Notes under the pieces: model-generated
Databases searched by the model: none
What the model was told of the DNA's origin: nothing
The model's input: only the letters and a program-made list of their open reading frames with translations
Shown: positions 36,398 through 45,178 of the stretch, one piece after another
Numbering within the stretch: position 1 is the stretch's first letter
Layout: each line of letters begins with the position of its first letter
Assembly: GCA_965229245.1 (NCBI GenBank)
Contig: CBDDIW010000003.1
Location: forward strand, 849,834 to 913,833
Direction of reading: 5' to 3'
Source of the DNA: Verrucomicrobiales bacterium
GTDB taxonomy: Bacteria; Verrucomicrobiota; Verrucomicrobiia; Verrucomicrobiales; V1-33
Length of the DNA stretch: 64,000 nucleotides
Program-made: the position numbers and the translations under genes

Positions 36398-36838
36398 TCA
36401 CGAAAGCTCCTCCGCCAGCGCCACAATGATCCCCGCCGGACCCCGCAGGTAGCAAAGCTTGTACATATCCCCATACCGCACCACCTCCCCGATCCGCGTC
36501 GCTCCCCCTTCCATCAGCCGCCCCGCCGTGGCCTCAAGGTCCGTCACCTCAAACATAATCTGCCGCAGCCCCTGCGTATTCGGCGGCGGATCCGCCAGCC
36601 CGCCCTCCACCAGTCCCGGATGGTGAAACTTCGTCAACTCCACCCGCCCCTGCCCCTCCGGCATCCTCATCATCGCGATCTCCACCCGCACCCCCTCCAG
36701 CCCGCAAAGCCTGTCCACCCACGCCCCCTCCACCGGACTCCTCCCCTCCACCTCCATCCCCAGCGTGGTAAAAAAAGAAACCGCCGACGGAAGGTCCTCC
36801 ACGACGACACTGACATGATCCATTCTCTTGAGGCTCAT
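36398..36838 (-). CDS. VOC (glyoxalase) family protein
   Basis: MDHVSVVVEDLPSAVSFFTTLGMEVEGR. I chose the start at the internal Met (MSLKRMDH). Confidence 0.75.
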   Translation of the reverse strand: MSLKRMDHVSVVVEDLPSAVSFFTTLGMEVEGRSPVEGAWVDRLCGLEGVRVEIAMMRMPEGQGRVELTKFHHPGLVEGGLADPPPNTQGLRQIMFEVTDLEATAGRLMEGGATRIGEVVRYGDMYKLCYLRGPAGIIVALAEELS

Positions 36839-37043
36839 GGTTTCACTTAACAGGGCAAAGGCCCTCTCGCAACCGCCCGCCAACATTAGCCGCAATCATC
36901 CCAAATCAATGCGTTCAAGCCCCATGTCTGCCCACTCAATTCGATGCCAACGGTTGGCTTAGCTCGACGCAAACCTAGCGCAATTGGCCCGCGGACTGTA
37001 CAAAGCCTTGGGGGGGCGGAACTCGGGCAATGTCTACTTAACT

Positions 37044-40000
37044 CTAACCATGCGCCGGGACAAGTAGTGGGTTGCGCAAATCGAGCCCTATGATCCCTAG
37101 CTTAACAGATCTTTCCGCCTTCTTTTCTAATTCACTCGCGTGAAGACTCAACTCTGTAATGACATCGGAAAATTCAAGCCGTTTCATGGTTTGCGGGTGT
37201 TTCCACGTTTTTGGACCCCTGTAGGTAAGCAACAAGAATCCTGATTTGCACGTTGCATGCCGGAGATACTGGCCTAACAATTGAAACTCTAGTGCGCGAA
37301 TGAAATCCTTCATGCTCCATTTTTCTGCAATTTTCACTTCAATGACAGCTCTGTCTGCCGTCAAGCATGACAGCAGTCTTATATCTGTCCGCTTGGCATC
37401 AGCTGATTCGTCCTCTCTTACTACTGAATACACTAAATTACCTTTTTCCTCAAGAATTAGCGACAGTATCCGTTGCATTTCGTCTTCATCAAAAATACCC
37501 TGAATCGTGCGCCTAGGGAAGAAGTCGTGGTGCGATATATCATGCTGAATATCAGCAAGCCGATTCGACACGAGGGTGAAGAATGAGTCGCGATTAACTG
37601 GAAGGCATTCAAATTCGGCCTCCAGTTCCTTTAGTAAATTTACGGGTAAAGGATGCGGTTCAGTGCTTTCCACCTCACGTATTTTGATTTGACCCCGTAA
37701 ATACTCTTTAACATCATTAAAAATAGGTTCTTCCATTAATTCCATAATGGCGGCATGGGCGCCCTCGCCGGGTAATTCAATCAACTGATTTAAAAGCCTT
37801 GCCCGCGCGGTTTGGGCGTGATCACGCAAAACTGGACTGTAAGACTTTCCGCTCGTATGTTTTATATCTTCATTTAAGGCTACATACCGGTACGCCATTC
37901 GGCATAAGCGAGCCAGTACTGCGGCCCGTTGTTGTTCGTCATGCACTTTCATTTCCACGCCTTCGTACGGTTCAAAAACTGTTCCCAGCCATAACGTAAA
38001 AATTCTTCTGCGAAGACTTTCGTCAGCAATAGAATCAATCGCTTCTTTGGCTGCGCAACTCGCCTCTTCGGCACTGATTCCAAAAAGGGTTCTCAGCCAA
38101 TACACGGCGGCAGGCGAGGAGGGGTGATTCAGAAACTTTTCTAGGCAAATATTTTTCAAAGCGTCGACCTCTAAGTCGTCTACTATGGTTGTCAGTAAGC
38201 GCAAAACCTGAGATAGATGATAAAGTTTGTGTGCTTCATTTACTTCCTTTTCACCATCTTTCCAATTGGATATAAAATCCTTTAATGGTTGAACCACGGC
38301 GGATTGGACCACCCTGTCAGCGTGCGTCAAATGTTGCAAAAGGGGTAAGTATTGAAATTGATTAGCTAAATTAAGTTGAGAAGCTAATTCCGCGCCTAGA
38401 ATTCTTGAGACGACTGTGAAGTGTTGAGTGGCAAGATCGGTTACAAATGCAGGGATCCTGTTGATTTCTACCAGTGAGAGGAGCGTTGCTTTTTCCACAT
38501 CGCTCGTGGAAAGTTTGGATGCCCAGTTTCTCTCCTCCGCCTCGGCCAGAACCCCATTCAACCCATGAATCCATGAGTAATATATCTTAGTGTCGTTATC
38601 AGCGCGACTACTAAACGGAAGGTATTGAACGTCTCTCCAAAAGGACGACAATGCAATACGCATGCGTTGTTTTACTTCCTTCCCAAATGCTGCGGAAACC
38701 CCTGTGCCTTTGGCCCATACTTGATAAGATGAATAAGACTTGCTATCGGCCTGCATCCACTCAATAATAGTTTGCCGGGTATCATCTATCCTGTCTTTGG
38801 AGAAATATTCATCTGGTTCTGCCAAAAGTGCTGCTCTCCAGATTAACCAGTCTGATAAGCGTCTCTCTTCTTCTTGCTTCTGATCTCGTTTCCAGTTTCT
38901 TGCATCAGAATCGCCTAGATAACGTTGCGGTTTAAGGTGTGATTCCAATAAAAATTCAAGCTCGGGATCGCCACTTGCAACTAAACGAAGCTGTTGTTTC
39001 AGTGCCTGTCTACGCCCTTTTGACCGCCAAAGGCGGATAAGGTCCAGTAATGCGGTTGATCTGATTCGCTTATCTTCTTCATTATCTTTTGCTATCCGCG
39101 AAAGCCATGTCCAGTCAGTGATTTCCAGACATGGTATAAATGTATTGAATCTTACAATAAAATTCATGCCTTTGGAGGAATTGAGTTCATTAATCATAAA
39201 GCGCAATTCCGAAAGGAATATATATTCTTTAGAAAATCCGAGCGCGCGGAAGGCGTCATTGAGTTCGCGAAGATCGTGGCCCATGCGATCGTGTTCTTTT
39301 CCAAACATTTCGGCAGTGAAGCAAGCTTTTAGAAAACTCTGACGGTGCGAATCCGAATCAATTGGAGCTTGGCGTGAGCAGATTCTTGCAAGCAATAATG
39401 CAGCAAAAGAGTAATGGCTGGTTGGGCGGTAATAAGATGAGGATGGCCGTTGATTCTCCAGCACTAAACTAACTAATTCGTTCCTTAAATCCACTGCGAA
39501 ACGGCTGTTAGCGTCAATTTTCTTTACAATAGCAGAGAGCGATGCCTCGAATACATATTCCGGGCTCCCGCCAGGCGAAATGGATGTCTTAATTATATGA
39601 ACCAACTGTCGAGCCGAGAGGTAGTCAGGAAACAGCTCCGATGTTAGTTGTTGAGTTATTTCCGTTGGTAAATATTCCCGAGAGTTCAAGATATCGGAAA
39701 CTATGGCGCGAACATCAGTCTCGGATCGAGTCGATATCAACGCTTGAATCGCAAGTGCCCGGGTTGCATTTTCGCATTGAATGTCCCGAACAACATCGTT
39801 TAGCCTGACTGAAAAGCCTTTAAATGAGCCTTCTTTTACGAGTGTTATCAGGAATCGAATGGCATTCGGAAACTTAATCGCTTCGTGCCACATGGTGGAA
39901 ATGATGTCCGCTAAATTAGGGTCACAAAAACGTCGCAAATTGGCCGGAGAAAAATGATATATTTTGGGGTTTATGACTTTATATTGGCAAATGATTCCGG

Positions 40001-41585
40001 CGATGATCCTTCGCCGGTCTTCGACTGGAAGGTGCTCTGGGTCTCCCTCCGCGATTAGCAATTCTGGAGCCACCTCAATCAGTATCCTTCGTACATCTTG
40101 ATTCCATGAGGCAATCCAGCATGCAATGGATTCCATGGAGGGAATGACTATTTTTTCACCGCTCGCGGTTCGAGCGAAAAGGCGTTCCAGCAAGTGGCGT
40201 TTCGAGGCGTTGCCTTTTCTGGCGATTTCATTCAGTCTGTGTGCTGCGAGATACCCCTCAACACCTCGACGATGGAACCGCACCCGTCCAAAAGTAGGGG
40301 GGTCAAAGATGCCGAGACCTAGCAACGTCTTCACGTCCAAAGGTCGCCAATTGTGAAGAACTTGCTCGGCATCAATGGTGCCGTCTGCATTTGCTCGTGC
40401 GCCAGTTGCGCCAGGAATACGGATGGTCCGTTTCTTGCAAAGGGTTAATGCTAGGGAGAGTCGTTCCACCCCTTCGCGCGCTAAAGACTCTGACAATTGT
40501 TGTCTAGCTGAGAGGCGATCAGGTCGATCACGTAATCGATTGCGAATATGGGCTTCGCATTGCTCGGTTTTCGAGCCTAAGTCCGCCCGTTCTTCCCATA
40601 GCGAAATTAATTCATTGATATCTTGGGGGGTGCGAGCAAAATTCCACGCATCCTTGCCGCGAATCTCAGAAATTAACAGCTCGGGATTAGTGATTGAAGA
40701 GGCTCGAATGAACTTCTCAATTTGCGAATCCTGCAGTGGAAGCAACTTGAACACAGCAAATTTCTCTGCCGGAGAGTGTCCTTCTGGCAACTGTGAAGAA
40801 GTGGCTTGTGAGAAGTTGGGAGTGAGGCTTGGATTCCCCCGCAGCGGCGAAAGGAAACGTTCAGAGGATAAAGTGGCGTGATTCTTTTTCGATGACTCGA
40901 ATTGCTCGCTGGGTTGATTTAACACCGGGACTGGAGAGGGGAAAAATTTAAGCAGCGCTTGCTCATCCGATTTATACCAGTCATTTGGCCTACACGTAAT
41001 TATAATATGCGATCGATGCTCAGCACTTCTTATGGCATCCTTTAGTTTCTTAAGGGCACGTTGGAAGCTCCCCTCTCTTAATTTCAGTTCATCGACAGAA
41101 TCAAGATAAAACCACGCGTGTTCATTCGGGGAGAGGAGCCATTTTCCAAAAGCTTTCTTCTCTTTGGCGCCCTCAAGCATGCTTGAGAAACCATCATTTT
41201 CTAGAATTTCAAGCGGAAGAAAGAATGCGGTCTTGTTTAAGCTTTTAAGAACTTGGCAGCGCTGATTCGTTTCTCTGGTTTTACCTGATCCTGCCTCCGC
41301 CAGTATTACGGTGCGAAAACGGTTTTCAATTTCGGACCAGGTTTCGCGATGATGCCACCCCCAATCCCAACCCAGTTCCAAATCTACTGTGTCGGCTTGA
41401 TCATCGCTGAGAGAGCGAAATTTTCTGTCGAGATCTACAAAAAGGTTGTCCATGGGCGAAACACGATGTTGCGTTAAAGAAGTGGGATTTTCGTTTCTGG
41501 AAACTGAATTTTTCCCCGGATTCAACCCCTTGGATCTGCAAGCCCGTGAACTTAGAGGGAATGGTGAGATCTGTCTTTCGTCCAT
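37044..41585 (-). CDS. NACHT-type STAND NTPase with long unassigned middle region and C-terminal PD-(D/E)xK nuclease-like module
   Basis: 1,513-codon ORF in AT-rich DNA. Walker A AEAGSGKT (41277-41300). Walker B WFYLDSVDE (41088-41114). IIITCRPN resembles the NACHT TSRP motif. FKLLPLQDSQIEKFI resembles the NACHT winged-helix lead-in. The C-terminus has RTDIRLL...AVIEVKIAEK (D at 37383-37385, ExK at 37332-37340). GGAG lies 7 nt before the ATG at 41585. An alternative ATG is at 41453. Confidence 0.75.
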   Translation of the reverse strand: MDERQISPFPLSSRACRSKGLNPGKNSVSRNENPTSLTQHRVSPMDNLFVDLDRKFRSLSDDQADTVDLELGWDWGWHHRETWSEIENRFRTVILAEAGSGKTRETNQRCQVLKSLNKTAFFLPLEILENDGFSSMLEGAKEKKAFGKWLLSPNEHAWFYLDSVDELKLREGSFQRALKKLKDAIRSAEHRSHIIITCRPNDWYKSDEQALLKFFPSPVPVLNQPSEQFESSKKNHATLSSERFLSPLRGNPSLTPNFSQATSSQLPEGHSPAEKFAVFKLLPLQDSQIEKFIRASSITNPELLISEIRGKDAWNFARTPQDINELISLWEERADLGSKTEQCEAHIRNRLRDRPDRLSARQQLSESLAREGVERLSLALTLCKKRTIRIPGATGARANADGTIDAEQVLHNWRPLDVKTLLGLGIFDPPTFGRVRFHRRGVEGYLAAHRLNEIARKGNASKRHLLERLFARTASGEKIVIPSMESIACWIASWNQDVRRILIEVAPELLIAEGDPEHLPVEDRRRIIAGIICQYKVINPKIYHFSPANLRRFCDPNLADIISTMWHEAIKFPNAIRFLITLVKEGSFKGFSVRLNDVVRDIQCENATRALAIQALISTRSETDVRAIVSDILNSREYLPTEITQQLTSELFPDYLSARQLVHIIKTSISPGGSPEYVFEASLSAIVKKIDANSRFAVDLRNELVSLVLENQRPSSSYYRPTSHYSFAALLLARICSRQAPIDSDSHRQSFLKACFTAEMFGKEHDRMGHDLRELNDAFRALGFSKEYIFLSELRFMINELNSSKGMNFIVRFNTFIPCLEITDWTWLSRIAKDNEEDKRIRSTALLDLIRLWRSKGRRQALKQQLRLVASGDPELEFLLESHLKPQRYLGDSDARNWKRDQKQEEERRLSDWLIWRAALLAEPDEYFSKDRIDDTRQTIIEWMQADSKSYSSYQVWAKGTGVSAAFGKEVKQRMRIALSSFWRDVQYLPFSSRADNDTKIYYSWIHGLNGVLAEAEERNWASKLSTSDVEKATLLSLVEINRIPAFVTDLATQHFTVVSRILGAELASQLNLANQFQYLPLLQHLTHADRVVQSAVVQPLKDFISNWKDGEKEVNEAHKLYHLSQVLRLLTTIVDDLEVDALKNICLEKFLNHPSSPAAVYWLRTLFGISAEEASCAAKEAIDSIADESLRRRIFTLWLGTVFEPYEGVEMKVHDEQQRAAVLARLCRMAYRYVALNEDIKHTSGKSYSPVLRDHAQTARARLLNQLIELPGEGAHAAIMELMEEPIFNDVKEYLRGQIKIREVESTEPHPLPVNLLKELEAEFECLPVNRDSFFTLVSNRLADIQHDISHHDFFPRRTIQGIFDEDEMQRILSLILEEKGNLVYSVVREDESADAKRTDIRLLSCLTADRAVIEVKIAEKWSMKDFIRALEFQLLGQYLRHATCKSGFLLLTYRGPKTWKHPQTMKRLEFSDVITELSLHASELEKKAERSVKLGIIGLDLRNPLLVPAHG

Positions 41586-41921
41586 GACCTTTCTCCACGC
41601 GGATCAACTGCGTCTTGAGTTTAGAGAAAGTACGTGCCTTTTGGCATTCCTTGGTAACTCAACCGATGAGGGCGACTGGTCGCCACAGACGCAGTTCAAC
41701 GCAAGCCTTAAGAAGGCCGCCCGCAAACCAGCCGCCGTGGAGGTGGCCTTGGTCGATTCTTGACCTTTGCAATCAGGGGCTCGGCCAGATCAACTTCGCT
41801 TAACTGGTCGGTGTTATTACCTACGGTTGCGATGTGCAAATCCGAGGAAAGGGAGTTCCCCTCACTTCGAGGGTGGTGCCCACAATTCAGAGCATGCCGG
41901 TTTCGGGTTTCCTGAATTTAG

Positions 41922-41980
41922 GGTCTTACCCGGTCTTACCCGGTCTTACCGGGTAAGACCGGGTAAGACCGGGTAAGACC
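41922..41980. repeat. 59-bp perfect palindrome made of 10-bp tandem repeats
   Basis: The left arm is about three copies of ggtcttaccc (41922-41950). A single g sits at the centre (41951). The right arm is about three copies of ggtaagaccg (41952-41980). Confidence 0.9.
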
Positions 41981-42072
41981 GGCCTAACATTGCCAGACTT
42001 GGCATTGGGGTTATTTTGAGATGGCCTGTGCCCGCGTGGCTCGACTGGCTGAAATCCCCCGCATGTCCTCTT

Positions 42073-42843
42073 ATGACCACGTCTCTCTCCGTTCCGGCCT
42101 TCATTGAGGCCACTCTTGGCAAAATCCCGCCCGCCGCCGCCGGGGACATCACTTCGGTGGAGGCGATTCTCCTGGCGCAGGCGAATGCCCTGACCGAATT
42201 GTTCAAGCACCTGCTTAAGGCCGCTTTTTCACACCCGGAGGGCAGTGAGAAGGGAAATCTGGCACTGCGACTGGCGCTCCGGGCGCAAATGCAAAGTGGT
42301 CGTCTCTACCAGCAATTGCTGCGGAACAAACCCGCGCCCCGCAAGGCCGGTGGTGTTCCAGGCCGGTCGCGGAAACCGGTGAATACTCCCCCGGACCCGT
42401 CCGGGCCATCTGCGATAGAGCCTCCCGCGGGTGCCCATGATATCTCCGGGACCCTGCCGGATCTCCCGGAAAGTCCGGAGCCCGCGGTTTCTTTTGTGGA
42501 GGAACCCGTGTTTCCCGCGGCCCCACCGCCTGGCCCTCCCTCGTCTCCCGTCTCGGCATCCCCGCCGTCCCGCTGCCGGACGGCTCTCCTTGAAGCCGCG
42601 GCCTCCCTTTCAGGCCCGGTTCAAAAGGTTCCCGATCCCGGGCCAACCACCGGTCTCCAGTCTGCCGTGGATGATTTCCCGGACAGTTCTCCCGCCCCTC
42701 CCGTGGCTTCTCCACCGGCGGAGGAATCGCAAAGCCTTCTCGATGTCTTCCCGCTCGCGGCCTCCTTTCCCCGGTTGGCTCATATCTTTGGCAGACCGGA
42801 GGAACGTGCCCTGGGCAGCCCGCCCCCGCCATCCGTTGATTGA
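42073..42843 (+). CDS. hypothetical protein with helical N-terminus and Pro-rich tail
   Basis: ORF with genome-typical GC3. No motif recognised. I chose the start at ATG 42073 (MTTSLSVPAF) inside the 42016 ORF. Confidence 0.4.
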   Translation: MTTSLSVPAFIEATLGKIPPAAAGDITSVEAILLAQANALTELFKHLLKAAFSHPEGSEKGNLALRLALRAQMQSGRLYQQLLRNKPAPRKAGGVPGRSRKPVNTPPDPSGPSAIEPPAGAHDISGTLPDLPESPEPAVSFVEEPVFPAAPPPGPPSSPVSASPPSRCRTALLEAAASLSGPVQKVPDPGPTTGLQSAVDDFPDSSPAPPVASPPAEESQSLLDVFPLAASFPRLAHIFGRPEERALGSPPPPSVD

Positions 42844-43138
42844 TAACAAAGGAATTTTTTAAAAACCCGCCAATCTCTGCATCAAACACCCTGAACAAAA
42901 CTGAACAAATCGCTTGGGGATTTAACGGATTCTAAAAATTTCCGGAGGTTTCACGGATGGAGAATTCAAAATTCAGAAAGATTCTCAAACGGCTTCATCA
43001 AGGAGTTGAAGAAATCGACACCCTATAAAGAGAAAGTCCCCGGTGAAGGTGAAGAAAAGAGACAGAGCCCCTGAAGAGAGGAGTTTGGCATTGTGGCTCC
43101 ACGCACGGTCAGGCCCCGCACATTTAATAGATACCGGA

Positions 43139-45091
43139 TCACTTCTCCGCCGCCCGGGACTGGAAGGGATGGCCGGTGGCGATGGCCTGGATCACGGGGC
43201 GAAGCTGGTATCCGTTCGTCTTGAGCGTGCCCAGCAGTTCGTTCACCACCGGTTCGTCGTAATACTCCAGAGGACGTCCGAGGGCGTAGGCCAGGAGTTT
43301 CCGGCAGAGGTTTTTGCAAAAGAGGTCGCTGGATTTCAGCAGCACTTTTTTCAACTCCTCCGGGGTGGAAAAGGCGGAGCCGTCCGGCAGGGCGGACTGG
43401 GAATCCACGGGCTTTCCATTCAGGTCCTGCGTGCGCCAGCGCCCGATCGCATCGAAGTTTTCCAGGCCAAACCCCAGGGGATCGATCTTCGCGTGGCAGC
43501 CCGCGCAGGACTCCACGCGGCGATGCTTTTCCAACTGCGCGCGGAAGCTCAGGCCGTCCGGCGTTTTATCATCTTGCGGCAGCGTGCCCGCGTCCGGCGG
43601 CGGAGGCGGGGGCGGCGTGCCCATGAGATTGTCCAGGATCCACTTCCCGCGCTTCACCGGGCTGGTGCGCAGCGGCAGGGAGGTGGCGGTGAGCACGGAG
43701 GCCTGCCCGATGACCCCGCCGCGCTGGCGGTCCGTGAGCTTCACCCGTTGCATGGCGGTGCCTTCCACGCCGGCGATGCCGTAGTGGGCGGCGAGTTCCG
43801 CATTCAGGAAGGTGTAGTCCGCGTCCAGGAGTTCGGTGACCGGGCGGTTTTCCTTGAGGATATAGGAGAAGAACTCCACGGATTCCCGGTACATCGCCAC
43901 ACGCAGCGCTGGGGTGAAGGTGGGGAACCGCGCGGGGTCGGGGTTCACCACCTCGCGGAGGTCATCAAAGCCGAGCCACTGCCCGGCAAAGTGGCGGGAG
44001 AGCGTCTCCGCGCGCGGATCGTTCAACAGCCGCTCCACCTGCGCGCGCAACACGGCGGGGTCCGTCAGCTTCCCCTGGTCCGCCAGTTGGAGGAGTTCCT
44101 TGTCCGGCGTGGAGGCCCACAGGAAATAGGAAAGCCGCGTGGCCAACTCAAAGGCGTCCACCTTCCACTGCGCCTGCCCGGGCTCGTCGTGCTCCACGCG
44201 GAAGAGAAACGCGGGGTGCAGCAGGATGGCCTGGAGCGGCGCGTTGAACGCCTTTTCATATGGGTCTCCGCGCTTCATGGCCCGCTCGAAGAGCCGCAGC
44301 AGAGGCTCGATATCCGCGTCCGCCACGTGCCGCCGGAAGGCGAGGGAGGCGCAGGAGGTGAGCACCGTCCGCGCCGCGATCTTCGGGTCCTCCTTGTCTT
44401 TGGGAGAGACGAAGATCAGGCGCTTCCGCAGCGGCTCGCTGGCCTGCACGGCGGCGATGATTTTCGTGGAGGCACCCATGTATTTCTCCATGAGCACGGG
44501 CGGGATGAAGAGGGAGTCCCCCACGTTGTCGAACCCCTCGCCGCCCGCGCCATCGGCGGGGAAGTCGCTGCCGGGCTGGAAATTGATGCCGAAGAGATCC
44601 CGGACCGTGTTGTTATATTCGTTGCGGTTCAGCCGCCGGATGGTCGGTCGTCCCGGAGAGCGCGGGAAGTCGCCTTTCTCCAGCCGGGCCGTGAGCTGGC
44701 GGAGTTCGTGGATCAGGGCTTCCTTTTCCTGGGCGGAGGGCTGCGCCTTGTTCTCCGGCGGCATCTCGCCTTTCTCGATCTGCGAAACCACGTTCTCCAG
44801 AAACCGGTGCTGCCGGAAGGCATCCGTGGAATTCCGGATGTGATGCAGCTCGATGCCACCCTTCTGCTTGTCCTTCCCGTGACAGTCATAGCAGTAATTC
44901 TCCAGCAGCGGCGCCACCTTTTCCGTGATGGCATCCTGGGCACGGACCGGGAGCGCCATGAGGAGCGCGAGAGGCAGAAAAGAAAGACGCGGGGAAATCA
45001 TGAAACAGGGCGACAGGGAAATCTGACAGTCAGTAAGCCGCGAACGGCGGGATTCTATCCGCCGGGCGAGGGTTTCAGGGGCGGAAATCAA
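43139..45091 (-). CDS. DUF1592/DUF1588/DUF1585-family protein with planctomycete-type cytochrome c motifs
   Basis: 650 aa. LENYCYDCHGKDKQKGG (CxxCH) near the N-terminus and CAGCHAKIDPLGFGLENFDAIGRWR near the C-terminus, the typical PVC-group family signature. Confidence 0.85.
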   Translation of the reverse strand: MISAPETLARRIESRRSRLTDCQISLSPCFMISPRLSFLPLALLMALPVRAQDAITEKVAPLLENYCYDCHGKDKQKGGIELHHIRNSTDAFRQHRFLENVVSQIEKGEMPPENKAQPSAQEKEALIHELRQLTARLEKGDFPRSPGRPTIRRLNRNEYNNTVRDLFGINFQPGSDFPADGAGGEGFDNVGDSLFIPPVLMEKYMGASTKIIAAVQASEPLRKRLIFVSPKDKEDPKIAARTVLTSCASLAFRRHVADADIEPLLRLFERAMKRGDPYEKAFNAPLQAILLHPAFLFRVEHDEPGQAQWKVDAFELATRLSYFLWASTPDKELLQLADQGKLTDPAVLRAQVERLLNDPRAETLSRHFAGQWLGFDDLREVVNPDPARFPTFTPALRVAMYRESVEFFSYILKENRPVTELLDADYTFLNAELAAHYGIAGVEGTAMQRVKLTDRQRGGVIGQASVLTATSLPLRTSPVKRGKWILDNLMGTPPPPPPPDAGTLPQDDKTPDGLSFRAQLEKHRRVESCAGCHAKIDPLGFGLENFDAIGRWRTQDLNGKPVDSQSALPDGSAFSTPEELKKVLLKSSDLFCKNLCRKLLAYALGRPLEYYDEPVVNELLGTLKTNGYQLRPVIQAIATGHPFQSRAAEK

Positions 45092-45178
45092 TATCCGGTC
45101 AATCCTTCGTCGAGATTAAACGGGGCGCGGGACCGGATTTTACTGACAAACGGGAAAGGCTCCATCAGGATAGTCTCC

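Noticed and set aside
37270-37300. QLLGQY after the ExK motif, as a possible RecB-type QxxxY motif
   Set aside because: The spacing does not fit QxxxY, so I make no subfamily claim for the nuclease-like domain.
36839-41921. Search for direct repeats (att sites), a tRNA gene or integrase remnants at the two ends of the AT-rich island (36839-37043 and 41586-41921)
   Set aside because: Only a 7-mer (acggttg) is shared between the ends, which is not significant. No tRNA-like or recombinase-like sequence was seen, so no integration mechanism is claimed.
43043-45178. N-terminal 712 codons of the 1,348-aa plus-strand ORF 43043-47089
   Set aside because: It is entirely antisense to the well-supported DUF1592 gene (43139-45091) and has a low-complexity Arg/Gly/Ala-rich translation. 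The real gene begins at the signal-peptide Met at 45179.
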